41,611 nt of DNA, from the IMG/VR virus record IMGVR_UViG_3300042972_000017, positions 1-41,611 of that record. One strand, 5' to 3'. Of the stretch, positions 9,584-18,769 are shown in pieces; positions within the stretch are counted from its first letter, which is position 1; the number at the start of each line of letters is the position of its first letter. The translations under genes were made by a program, and so were the position numbers. A model generated the notes under the pieces. The model had not been told where the DNA came from. It was given only the letters and a program-made list of their open reading frames with translations, and did not search any database. Source of the stretch: a virus. Its lineage: Duplodnaviria; Caudoviricetes.

Positions 9584-11224
9584 TTAAGTAAATTTGAAAA
9601 ATGTTTGTCCGTTCTTACCCTCGAACTGTTTTATAATAGTAGGACATGGTAAGTCCTTTTTTGAAAAATCATTCTCTGCCTGATCAATAAGTATCTTAGA
9701 ACCAGTATAAGAATAATATTCTGCATCTGGAAGCATCGGTTTTCCTTCTTTATCCCGTTTTTTCTCAAATGTATATATTTCTCCAACTGCCCCATCCTCT
9801 CCTATTACTTCTTCTGTTTTCAGAATTTTTTTAAAGCGAATCACTAATACTTTCCCCGAAACGATCTTTGACACACTGTGTAGATTTCCCGCAGAATCTG
9901 GGACATTAACAATAACTTTTTTCTTCTCTATTTTTGACTCACCTACCTTATAATCTTTAAGGTATATTTTTTTGTTCCACCCTGTCTGTTCTTCATGGAG
10001 ATACTGGCAGATCGATGAGAACTTCACTTTTTGATCGCAATCCATATCCTCGAAAGGAACTTTTATACGATGCCTTTTGATGATCTTTCCCAAAGATTTT
10101 TCCATTCCTATTTTTTTGATTAAGTTTATAGTGTTCGCATGTTTCGCATAGCCGAATCGTGATGCCTGCCGTATACGGACTTGTTCTTCTGTTAATCCGC
10201 ATTTTTTCAAATGTGCCACATGTCGGCATAGCTTTTTCTTATTTTCTTTCCCCAACAAAAGTCTGTCATGATAGAATACATAACCACAAAGCCTAACTCC
10301 CATCCATGTTGGTCGGATGTTGTAATCTTTATTGATTATAGCATGATAATCCCTTGATAAAATCATTAAAGAGATTTCTCTAATAATACTGAGGACAGAT
10401 TTATCTTCATGAAAGAAAATCATATTGTCAACAAATCGATAATAATGTTTTATTCCTTCATTAACAAAATATCGGAATCTGTTAGATAAATAGACTGCCC
10501 CTTTTGATAAAAGCAGAAAGTCTTCAGGTGATTTTGCAGTTGCAATTTTAATGTCAATATACCGTCTTGTCCAATATAACAATTTTTCAGGGTCTTTGTT
10601 GATGCCAAAGAACCTTAGTGCCAACCTATCAAAGTCAGCCAGATAAATTAGTCCAAACAATTGCGTTATCTTTATCCCTAAAGGAACCCCTTGGAGATAA
10701 GAATCAACAACTTTATACATAAATCTTAGGAGTTTTCCATCCTTTATCTTTTTTGCTAATTTTACTTTAAGTATATGGTGATCCATACTAGGGAAGTAGT
10801 GATGAACATCCATCGACAGGTTATACATCATTTCCTTTTGCGATGATCGGTATAGATCATTTCGCATAAATCTCATCAATGCATGTGTGCCCAGATGAGG
10901 TCTTATAGCAGGACTCTCCCATGCAATATAATCATATAGTTCTTTTTCATAAGGCAGAATTTCTGCTGCTTCAATCACATGATCATGTATAGGTGCCTTT
11001 CCTAATATCCTCTTTTTCTTTTCAAATATGACTTTCCTCACATATTGAGAAGGAATCCATTTTTCATTAATGATTTGTTCCTTGACGAGTAACAGTTGAT
11101 GGTCAAGATGTTTTTCAAATCTTTGTATATTATGTCTCTTTTTCTTACCTGACGAATAATTTTCGTAAGCTTTCCGTACATTTTCAAGAGTTTCATTTTC
11201 ACGTTTATCACAAATTCTGTTCAT
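9584..11224 (-). CDS. DGR reverse transcriptase (non-canonical FVDN motif, C-terminal extension)
   Basis: RT motifs KKRIL..APIHDHVI, SMDVHHYFPSMDH, GVPLGIKITQ, HYYRFVDN, GVRLCGYVF. Likely start MNRICDK at 11224; the ORF track extends it to a GTG at 11566. Adjacent to the TR/VR pair. Confidence 0.92.
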   Translation of the reverse strand: MNRICDKRENETLENVRKAYENYSSGKKKRHNIQRFEKHLDHQLLLVKEQIINEKWIPSQYVRKVIFEKKKRILGKAPIHDHVIEAAEILPYEKELYDYIAWESPAIRPHLGTHALMRFMRNDLYRSSQKEMMYNLSMDVHHYFPSMDHHILKVKLAKKIKDGKLLRFMYKVVDSYLQGVPLGIKITQLFGLIYLADFDRLALRFFGINKDPEKLLYWTRRYIDIKIATAKSPEDFLLLSKGAVYLSNRFRYFVNEGIKHYYRFVDNMIFFHEDKSVLSIIREISLMILSRDYHAIINKDYNIRPTWMGVRLCGYVFYHDRLLLGKENKKKLCRHVAHLKKCGLTEEQVRIRQASRFGYAKHANTINLIKKIGMEKSLGKIIKRHRIKVPFEDMDCDQKVKFSSICQYLHEEQTGWNKKIYLKDYKVGESKIEKKKVIVNVPDSAGNLHSVSKIVSGKVLVIRFKKILKTEEVIGEDGAVGEIYTFEKKRDKEGKPMLPDAEYYSYTGSKILIDQAENDFSKKDLPCPTIIKQFEGKNGQTFFKFT

Positions 11225-11280
11225 GGTATAATAGATTATACATGCTTCAGGTCTGCTATTTTGACCCGGCAGGTATGCTG

Positions 11281-11365
11281 TTCGCAGTAATATGCTACCA
11301 AGCTCGCTGTCATCTTCCGATATTTTCCCCCATTTGGGGAGGCTCATCCCTATCTCGTGCAAATA
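11281..11365 (-). ncRNA. DGR spacer region between TR and RT (putative structured priming RNA)
   Basis: Directly 3' of TR; contains a TCCCC/GGGGA hairpin (11326-11340) and TTGGTAG...CGAA (11281-11301). Role inferred from the BPP-1 Sp region. Confidence 0.45.
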
Positions 11366-11487
11366 GTTGAGGAAAGCCCCGTAGTTGTCATTGGCGTTCG
11401 AGGGCGCATTGTTACCCGTAAGGGCACAAGGGCCAGCTTCGGAACCATTGTTCGCATTGCTGAGAGCAGCAAGGGCGCGAAGACCAG
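11366..11487 (-). repeat. DGR template repeat (TR)
   Basis: 122-bp copy of 11671-11792; all 10 mismatches are A in this copy (sense strand); rich in AAC/AAT codons. Confidence 0.97.
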
Positions 11488-11585
11488 GAGCAAGGGATTC
11501 TACCCGTCTTGTTAAGGCACTGCAAATATACACAATTTTAGTTAATTCGCGTAAATTCAACTTCATTTTCTACAAAAAAGAACGA

Positions 11586-11618
11586 CCACCCTTGCGGGTG
11601 GAGGCGCTTTTCGCGCCT
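11586..11618 (-). promoter_or_regulatory. Tandem GC-rich hairpins downstream of VR (DGR target-recognition hairpin)
   Basis: AGGCGC-GAAAA-GCGCCT and CCACCC-GCAA-GGGTGG on the minus strand, 8 bp after the target stop codon. Confidence 0.7.
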
Positions 11619-11625
11619 TGTTCGC

Positions 11626-13029
11626 TTAGGCCACCCAGAATGGTGTCGTGTCCCAGTCCTCTGCTGCTTCGCAGAGGAAAGCCCCGAAGTTGCCATTGGC
11701 GTCCGAGGGCGCATCGTCACCCGTAAGGGCACAAGGGCCAGCTCCGGAACCATTGCTCGCATAGCTGAGAGCAGCAAGGGCGCGAAGACCAGACGTTGCA
11801 CCATCTCCATAAAACGCATCACTATAATTAGTTGCAGTACTACCTCCGAAAGATAACGGATATAAGCAAAGGTGCTCTAAATTCATGTCAGAGGGATAAT
11901 TCCAACCATTATTGGATGCCGGTATTGTTCCTATCTTCTCCATACCGGTCAATGTATCTAATGGTATTGCGTCAGAATTCCAAACCTTTTTAATGTAAAC
12001 ATCCTTAGTGGTATTACTATTGTTATTAAGAACTACTCCATGCTGGATATGCCACAAATAATGATAGAAGTTTTTCAGACCGTAGAAAACTGGAATATTC
12101 TTTACAGCAACAGTGTTATCACCGTTTTTCACATCCCATTCAAACACGCCGAGAGCATCCCCCTTATCGGCCAGTGCATCAATATCACATATCGGCCAAT
12201 AGCCAAAAGTTGAAGACATATTATCAACTCCCATTCCCAGGCCTCCCTGATGGAGTCCATCTGTAGTTAATGCTGCATTGTTTCCAGCTTGACCATTTCG
12301 ATTATGAAATACAATGCGCATCAAAGCTCCAACAATAAATGTCATCATGAACATTGAAGCTCCCCATCTATCTCCATTCTTCTCCGCATAAGTTTGATAC
12401 AAGTTACTATTAATATTGACGACAGGTTTTCCCAATTGCGTGTTCCAAGCTGAATCCAAATTACTATTATTTACCCCTCCACGATATTGAGTACTTCGAT
12501 TGCAATAACTGACTAATATGTTATTAGTACGATCAAGTGCTGCTGCTCCAGCAGCAGACATAGATGCAACAGGGATTTTATAATTCCATGCGCCACCGAT
12601 AGGACCAGTACTGATAGCCTCATAAAAATATGTGCTATCTTTCCATTTTGCGTAATAAAACGGCACACCCCATCCCCATTGATAATGTCCCATAGTCCCA
12701 TCCAAAACTGCAGCTGTTCCATTTTCAAGTTTAAAATGGTTTGTTGATGACAATCTTTGACGACTATGATCATTCTTAACTAGATAGCCTCCCAATTGCA
12801 ACACCTCAGATAAACTTCTAAGGAATTCAATATCCCCATAAGGTTCACCTTCAGGAGATGCGGATCCTAATTCCCATCTTGCCCCAGCAACAATATTTGT
12901 CTTTATGATAGAATTTATCTTGATTCTTCCTACTGTATTAGCTGATGGACTATATGCCAAAACACGCATATCATTACTTATATTTTCAAAGTCCTCAATT
13001 TTATCTATTTTTGTCGTATCTTTTGTCAT
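11626..13029 (-). CDS. DGR target protein, probable receptor-binding tail protein with C-terminal C-type-lectin-like variable domain
   Basis: C-terminus contains the VR (GLRALAALSYASNGSGAG...NFGAFLC); YGLKNFYHYLWH resembles the CLec GxxDxxGNxWEW region; last gene of the tail-tip cluster. Confidence 0.88.
   Translation of the reverse strand: MTKDTTKIDKIEDFENISNDMRVLAYSPSANTVGRIKINSIIKTNIVAGARWELGSASPEGEPYGDIEFLRSLSEVLQLGGYLVKNDHSRQRLSSTNHFKLENGTAAVLDGTMGHYQWGWGVPFYYAKWKDSTYFYEAISTGPIGGAWNYKIPVASMSAAGAAALDRTNNILVSYCNRSTQYRGGVNNSNLDSAWNTQLGKPVVNINSNLYQTYAEKNGDRWGASMFMMTFIVGALMRIVFHNRNGQAGNNAALTTDGLHQGGLGMGVDNMSSTFGYWPICDIDALADKGDALGVFEWDVKNGDNTVAVKNIPVFYGLKNFYHYLWHIQHGVVLNNNSNTTKDVYIKKVWNSDAIPLDTLTGMEKIGTIPASNNGWNYPSDMNLEHLCLYPLSFGGSTATNYSDAFYGDGATSGLRALAALSYASNGSGAGPCALTGDDAPSDANGNFGAFLCEAAEDWDTTPFWVA
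11671..11792 (-). repeat. DGR variable repeat (VR)
   Basis: Identical to TR except at 10 TR adenines; lies in the 3' end of the 467-aa gene. Confidence 0.97.
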
Positions 13030-13044
13030 AATATTATATTTTTA

Positions 13045-13935
13045 TTAATACATCTTTTTCTTATAGATTACATTATCACTGACCACGGCCCATCTACAAT
13101 AATCAGAATTGACATCAGGCACGCCAATGAGATGTAGAATACCACCTCTGTATGAAAATACAGATACACCTGTCGTGGTCGTTTGATCGTACGTACCATC
13201 AAAGTTACATGCTATTTTCCCATTCTGCGATTTTATATTTGTATTATACCATGATGGATCTACCGATCTGGTATAAGGTCCAAACGAACTGTTATATAAA
13301 TAAATGTGCGCACCGATAAAAGATTTGTCTGATGGCAGTAAAACAGTATATCCACTACCGGAATGACCAGTGGCCTCGATATTCAAATTACTTTTAATCA
13401 AATAACTACCATCACCTTGCAGTATAGCATCACTATCAACAAGAGATATGAATTTTGTAATCAAGCCTCCTGCAAAAACGCCGATTTGAGAAAAGATTTT
13501 ACCTGTCAGAAAATTGATAAAAAGATTCGGGGCAAAGTCACCATTCGTATTACCCGTAGGATCATTGGCATTAAACTTCTTATAATCAGAACTTGCCTTG
13601 CCGTTTACTGTGCCGTTTTGAGAAAACATATAGTCTCCTGAAAAAACAGCACTGCCAATTTTACCAAATTCGGACATGATTATCTTAGCCCAGATGATCT
13701 CATTCGCTGTAAGGAGAGACCAGAATGTCGATGTAGCCGAAGGTTCTTCTCCAGTATTGCTCCCTATTTTATGTGGGTACCACAGCGAATCATTATGCGA
13801 TACAATGGGAAATCTGTCATCCGTCCTGACATATTTTGTAGCTTTGTCCCATTCTCCTGCGAAATATGTAAATGGTCCTGGAGATCCATCGCTAGGTACA
13901 GGTATCAATTCCTTAGTACTTGATAGTTTAATCAT
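13045..13935 (-). CDS. Phage tail fibre/tip-associated protein
   Basis: 296 aa, Gly/Ser/Thr-rich, AEIIMSEFGKIGSAVF-type segment, in the tail cluster. Confidence 0.55.
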   Translation of the reverse strand: MIKLSSTKELIPVPSDGSPGPFTYFAGEWDKATKYVRTDDRFPIVSHNDSLWYPHKIGSNTGEEPSATSTFWSLLTANEIIWAKIIMSEFGKIGSAVFSGDYMFSQNGTVNGKASSDYKKFNANDPTGNTNGDFAPNLFINFLTGKIFSQIGVFAGGLITKFISLVDSDAILQGDGSYLIKSNLNIEATGHSGSGYTVLLPSDKSFIGAHIYLYNSSFGPYTRSVDPSWYNTNIKSQNGKIACNFDGTYDQTTTTGVSVFSYRGGILHLIGVPDVNSDYCRWAVVSDNVIYKKKMY

Positions 13936-14984
13936 GATTTTATTGCTTCAATTCTTACCAATACTCCTCCTACAGCCTTAATATGTTCATAGGTTAGAGA
14001 CTTCTCGTCAAAGTCTGAAATTATGGAACCATCTGTCTTTTTTGTCAACGTATAATCAAATCCCCAACCCGTACTAATTTCTCCTGAACTCCGGTCATAT
14101 ACATGAGGATTAAACGTTACTATTTCCCCCTCTTTTACAGCATCACCAGCAATATTACATCCATCGTCAACATAATACGGATCATGGACGTCCGTGGCTT
14201 CGACGGTGGCATAATAATCCTTTCCCCCATATGTGATTTTTACGCGGAAGAGTTCCACACCTTCCACGGCTGCATTATATACCTTTAAATTGTTATTGCT
14301 TATTTCCGTGAGACTGGTGATATTGCTTATATCCTGCCATACTGAACCATTGAGTTTTTGGAAGGCATAGGACATACTCCCTGAAACGTTCTGGCCAGCC
14401 AGTTGCAAGTTAAACGTATACTTAATCCAATCGTTATCATTGGATAGAACATTATCTCCGGATCCGTCTTCACCTTCAACAGATACGAGCACAGAATAGG
14501 CATCTCCTACGGAACTTTGAACCGGTATGAGTTGTTGACAAGTAAATGACTTGCCTTCGTATGTGCTGTTGTAATAAATATACTTATCTGTATGGTCATC
14601 TTCTGTAGCGAGGTTTCCGATAATGATTAAACACGGATATGTATTTCCGTTGACTACAACAGTCCCGACTTTGAATAAGTTGGAAAATTTCGCTTTAATC
14701 ACGCCATTATCAAGGATAGCTCCCTCATTACTGATATTGTTATAGTACCATTGTTGTCCCGATATTTCAGGAACGACAATAGTCCCTTTTTGAGAAGAAT
14801 AAGGCTGAGGATATAAGGTTGGATGGTGGACTGAAAAATCCGTGTTGACAACTTTCTTAGTCGTAGGATTCCAATATTGCATCAAGCCATAACCTGTATC
14901 AATCTGCACCCCCATTGCAGGGGTAATAGTGTCTCCATCCTGATAGGCATAGAGACGATGAATAGCGGAATAGTTATTACTCAT
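13932..14984 (-). CDS. Phage tail protein, beta-rich/Ig-like
   Basis: 350-aa ORF with 4-bp overlaps to both neighbours, in the tail operon. Confidence 0.55.
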   Translation of the reverse strand: MSNNYSAIHRLYAYQDGDTITPAMGVQIDTGYGLMQYWNPTTKKVVNTDFSVHHPTLYPQPYSSQKGTIVVPEISGQQWYYNNISNEGAILDNGVIKAKFSNLFKVGTVVVNGNTYPCLIIIGNLATEDDHTDKYIYYNSTYEGKSFTCQQLIPVQSSVGDAYSVLVSVEGEDGSGDNVLSNDNDWIKYTFNLQLAGQNVSGSMSYAFQKLNGSVWQDISNITSLTEISNNNLKVYNAAVEGVELFRVKITYGGKDYYATVEATDVHDPYYVDDGCNIAGDAVKEGEIVTFNPHVYDRSSGEISTGWGFDYTLTKKTDGSIISDFDEKSLTYEHIKAVGGVLVRIEAIKS

Positions 14985-15178
14985 GATTGAATGCTATTAA
15001 TAATTGTTTTTGCTTCCCTAGCTGTGACCTCTTTTGCGCCATCTGTGATTGCATTATCAACACCGACTACAGCCAGATCCCCTTGCGTGACGATATAGCC
15101 TTTTTCGTCATTTCCTTTACGGAACTCTTTAATATTCAATGCATCTGCCAACTTAGCAGGTATGAGATAGTATTTCAT
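14981..15178 (-). CDS. Small hypothetical phage protein
   Basis: 65 aa, tightly packed in the operon. Confidence 0.65.
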   Translation of the reverse strand: MKYYLIPAKLADALNIKEFRKGNDEKGYIVTQGDLAVVGVDNAITDGAKEVTAREAKTIINSIQS

Positions 15179-15190
15179 AATTTATAATTT

Positions 15191-16330
15191 TTAGTCAGCT
15201 TCTCTTGTGGAAGTCGGAAATTGTGCAACAATAATTTTGTCGTCTGAATCTGACAGGACAGTTCCATCGGGAAGTTCTATAGGCATAAATGCTGATAGTT
15301 CTCTGGTAAGACATCCGCACTGGTGATCATCTGCAGTAGAATCACGAGGAAATCTAGCCCTTGATCCGTAAGCTATGGATTCAAAGTTTGATTTTTTATT
15401 TTTCCTATAGAACAATTCATTATCGAAATATTTTTCCGGGTTTGATATAATTCCTTGTCTATTGGTCACGGTAAAATCAATAACAATATCCTTTGTATCT
15501 TTATCAAGATATTTACCAAGGGAGAAATAGACATCCGGCAAATAATTTCCATACCATCTGCGAAGAAGGATAGACTTTGACTTGATCAGTACACTGTTAT
15601 CTTTCGGACAAGCCATCACCTTGACAATTACATGCTGAATATATTCCTGCTGTACTATCAGCGTTTTACTGTTCTTTCCGGAAACATACCATAACTCATT
15701 TCCATCAATGTTCACCCAGGTACTTGTATCTTCATCATACTTTTGCCAAAGATAGGTACAAAGGGTTGGGGCTAGTTCTTCATCTCCATTTTTAAGTGTA
15801 GCCGTGATCGGTATGCTCCCCTGATATTTGAACGGAGAAAGATTTAGCTTAGATGGCCTGTCCACTTCTAAAGAAAGATTGTATTCAGTTTCGCTCTGTG
15901 TTGTCAAATCTTTGGACCACGTAAAATGAGATGTTCTTGATCTTGTTTTATCAAGAAAATCTGCAGAAAACTCAACTCTCAGTATCTCGTTAACTGCGAC
16001 ATTCCTATTTAGAGAAAGGGACTTTGTAGAATTATCTATTGTATAGTCTGGCCCTGCTGAGAGTTTTATCCCTGATCCATTCATGTAAGAAGTCACTGTC
16101 CATGTAACATTGACCAAGTATGATGTGTAATCTCCCGTAGGGAAAACTCCGTCTGGATCTGTTATCACCAGCTTAGGTTTCAACAAGTAAGGGGTCAATG
16201 ACCGGTCTGGAATATATTCACCGGAAATTGTATTCAATTTCTGTATATAACTTCCCCCAAGTTCAAGCATCTGAAACATGAACGAAAGAGGAGAATGGAC
16301 GGTATACCCGCCGTTAATCTGCATTTTCAT
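15191..16330 (-). CDS. Phage tail protein, Ig-like
   Basis: 379 aa, TYLWQK...WVNI Ig-like strand pattern, operon context. Confidence 0.55.
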   Translation of the reverse strand: MKMQINGGYTVHSPLSFMFQMLELGGSYIQKLNTISGEYIPDRSLTPYLLKPKLVITDPDGVFPTGDYTSYLVNVTWTVTSYMNGSGIKLSAGPDYTIDNSTKSLSLNRNVAVNEILRVEFSADFLDKTRSRTSHFTWSKDLTTQSETEYNLSLEVDRPSKLNLSPFKYQGSIPITATLKNGDEELAPTLCTYLWQKYDEDTSTWVNIDGNELWYVSGKNSKTLIVQQEYIQHVIVKVMACPKDNSVLIKSKSILLRRWYGNYLPDVYFSLGKYLDKDTKDIVIDFTVTNRQGIISNPEKYFDNELFYRKNKKSNFESIAYGSRARFPRDSTADDHQCGCLTRELSAFMPIELPDGTVLSDSDDKIIVAQFPTSTREAD

Positions 16331-16336
16331 AAATTA

Positions 16337-17761
16337 CTAATCATTAATTGTATAACTATTTTCCACAGGAGTACCATCTGGCAAGTTGATAGTACATCGA
16401 AACCCCACTGAAGATCCAGGTCCCCAGCCGGAAGGAATATCCTTAGTAGAATCTATGGGCAGAGTCATTCCTACAGAACCGGCAGGATGCTGTATATTCC
16501 AAACTGTATCTCCGTCCTTATCATCAGAGACTCTGGACCAGGTGATGTTGTCGATACCAATCTCATCTTCCCTAATCTCCATTTCCGCATTGTAAAGAGT
16601 GGCCTCCAGGTCTGCCGTCCAGTCTGTTCCAGCCCGGAAAGCGTCACCCTTTGAAGATAGAATTTGCAGAGACATATTTCCTCCGCCTATCAAACAGGTC
16701 CAGTCAGGATTATTGAATCTAGGTTCTGAATTAATACAACTATCTACGGAACATGCCCAGAGACACCCTCCATACCATAAACGATCCTCAAAATATCCTT
16801 TTTCTATTACATCATATCCTTTAATGTACTTTTGTTTTTTATCCCAATATTTCCACTCTCGTGGTGTATATACAGGATTCCCAAGATAGTCAAGCCGAAT
16901 TAAATCCTGAACCATAATACCTCGAAAGTACAAATAAGGTTGATCTCTCGTTATGATCTTATTATCCAGTAATTTTTGAACAGCAGCTATATTGGGTGGC
17001 AGTCCTATAAATCCGGCATAGTTAGAACCGTGCTCAGAATCTTCAATCTTCGGTTTATTGATCCCCTGGAGGAACAACCATCGCCCGTCATTTGACGATA
17101 CATACCACACGCTCTGGCGACTGGTGTCAACAGTATTTCCCCATCTAATAACTCTCGCACGCGCTACAGGTGCATAGTTCTTTCCTCCAGGACAATCTGC
17201 ATCATCGTATGCAGAGCATACTGCAGTATTGGAAGTAAGATCAATACTGTCTATCCTAAGGAAAAACGAATAATAGCTTCTTGAAGAATCAAGTTTGTTG
17301 ATTTTCCCTAAAAGGATATCATTAACATGGAATGTGATTTTTTCGTCTTCATACTCTTGCCGGAATTTAAGAGTATACTGATTGATGTCCGTATGTGTTA
17401 CGGACTCAATAATCCCTTTATCCGTAAAATACGTATCGCCCTCTAATATGTTCTGATGATTGAATACAAGTTCGTCAAAAACGGCAGCACCATTCACTTT
17501 AACAGAATCACAGACGATAGAACCGTCAGGGTTTAACTTGATACTGTCCGATTCCCCGATTACACATCCTTTCAGCAGGCGCAACAGATATTGATCCGTA
17601 TCCTCCTGGTCTTTTCTAAGATAAGGTGCATCTACCAGATAAGACAGCAACGACAGGAAGGCATTTCCAATACGAGATGCAGTATTCGCATACATCCGGC
17701 TTTCGTCTCGGATTTGTGTAAATACCTGCTTTAATGCTTTTGTCGTCGCTGTCTCTTCCAT
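16337..17761 (-). CDS. Phage tail fibre proximal/tip protein
   Basis: 474 aa, first gene of the operon; RWGNTVDTSRQS and ITWSRVSDD..D..WN motifs typical of Bacteroidales phage tail proteins. Confidence 0.6.
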   Translation of the reverse strand: MEETATTKALKQVFTQIRDESRMYANTASRIGNAFLSLLSYLVDAPYLRKDQEDTDQYLLRLLKGCVIGESDSIKLNPDGSIVCDSVKVNGAAVFDELVFNHQNILEGDTYFTDKGIIESVTHTDINQYTLKFRQEYEDEKITFHVNDILLGKINKLDSSRSYYSFFLRIDSIDLTSNTAVCSAYDDADCPGGKNYAPVARARVIRWGNTVDTSRQSVWYVSSNDGRWLFLQGINKPKIEDSEHGSNYAGFIGLPPNIAAVQKLLDNKIITRDQPYLYFRGIMVQDLIRLDYLGNPVYTPREWKYWDKKQKYIKGYDVIEKGYFEDRLWYGGCLWACSVDSCINSEPRFNNPDWTCLIGGGNMSLQILSSKGDAFRAGTDWTADLEATLYNAEMEIREDEIGIDNITWSRVSDDKDGDTVWNIQHPAGSVGMTLPIDSTKDIPSGWGPGSSVGFRCTINLPDGTPVENSYTIND

Positions 17762-17789
17762 ATCTAATAAAAAACAAAATGATTGAAAG

Positions 17790-17823
17790 CAAAATTAAGA
17801 GATTTCCAACCGCCTAAAAATAC
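17790..17823 (-). promoter_or_regulatory. Promoter GTATTTTT-N18-TAATTTTG for the tail-tip/DGR operon
   Basis: -7 box at 17790-17797; upstream box at 17816-17823. Confidence 0.65.
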
Positions 17824-17829
17824 ATCGGA

Positions 17830-18285
17830 CTACAGGTTTCTCACGATTCCCTTGTTCTCAAAGATATTTTCTAGAGCTGTGGCCATCAAGCCCTGATAAG
17901 CCAGGCCATAGAATGCTGATTCAACTTCTGACAGTTTCATTACAGACGAATAATATTTTGTCGAGAACCAAGGCTTTCGTTGCCTGTGTTTTCTATGATC
18001 TGCCAAGAACTTCAAATCACCGTTATTGCCTTTTTCTTTCGTCGTATATCCTTTGCCTACACCAGCTTCCACAAAGATGCCGTATTGAGCAAAGGTGTGC
18101 TCAATCGTTGTCGGGTGCCCGGAGAACCTTTCGCCTATGAAAGAACGATACAATGTCCCTGTACGATAGATGGACAGTTTCATCATCTTTTCTCTCCAGT
18201 AAGTCATCATCTCACGAGTCCAACTAAGTTCAAACTTATTCAGATCGTCCTGTTTGACAGGAGACTCAAACACTTCCCCATTCAT
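17830..18285 (-). CDS. Phage neck/tail-completion protein
   Basis: RTGTLYRS...YGIFVEAGVG...RKPWF pattern resembling HK97 gp10-like proteins. Confidence 0.55.
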   Translation of the reverse strand: MNGEVFESPVKQDDLNKFELSWTREMMTYWREKMMKLSIYRTGTLYRSFIGERFSGHPTTIEHTFAQYGIFVEAGVGKGYTTKEKGNNGDLKFLADHRKHRQRKPWFSTKYYSSVMKLSEVESAFYGLAYQGLMATALENIFENKGIVRNL

Positions 18286-18769
18286 TGGCGTTATAAACTA
18301 AATTTGTCGGAACATCATTCTCTACCATGAAATACAGTCCCGTCGCTCCATTAAAACTGTACCGACCGAGTTCATGATAATAGATATTGTCTATATTCAT
18401 ATAATACATTCCCTGACCATAGACCATACTGGCTTTGTCTGTTACCATTCTCGAAAGAAACTGTTTAAAAACCGTTCTGCAAAGATCCATCTTCTCTTTA
18501 CGAGCTTCAGGATCATTGTATTTATAACCTGCCAAGACCCAGACTGTATAGACCGACTTTGTGAAGAAACCGGATCCATTCGCATGGACATGGTTATCTG
18601 TCGTATCATCAATTACGATGAAATTTTCCACTTTTCGATAGTCGGCCATAATTCCCTCGATATTATCCGGACCGGAAGCGAATACGGTCTTAAAATGATT
18701 TCCCTTGCAGAGTTTGTTTGCATCTGCCAGGTTCTTAAGATATTCTAGAGGATCAAAAGCCATAGTCAC
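18266..18769 (-). CDS. Phage structural protein (tail terminator-like)
   Basis: 167-aa ORF overlapping both neighbours in the portal/neck operon. Confidence 0.5.
   Translation of the reverse strand: MTMAFDPLEYLKNLADANKLCKGNHFKTVFASGPDNIEGIMADYRKVENFIVIDDTTDNHVHANGSGFFTKSVYTVWVLAGYKYNDPEARKEKMDLCRTVFKQFLSRMVTDKASMVYGQGMYYMNIDNIYYHELGRYSFNGATGLYFMVENDVPTNLVYNANEWGSV

Noticed and set aside
9584-11224. RT as a group II intron, retron or Abi RT
   Set aside because: The adjacent TR/VR pair with adenine-specific mismatches identifies a DGR; no intron domain V or msr/msd is evident
11538-11822. 94-aa minus-strand ORF as a possible avd
   Set aside because: It overlaps the VR in another frame and the hairpins, and has no Avd-like helical-bundle character; likely a by-product of the GC-rich VR
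1245-17761. Second DGR target (additional VR) in other tail genes
   Set aside because: No further copy of the TR sequence or its peptide was seen by eye; a BLASTN of TR against the whole genome would settle remote targets
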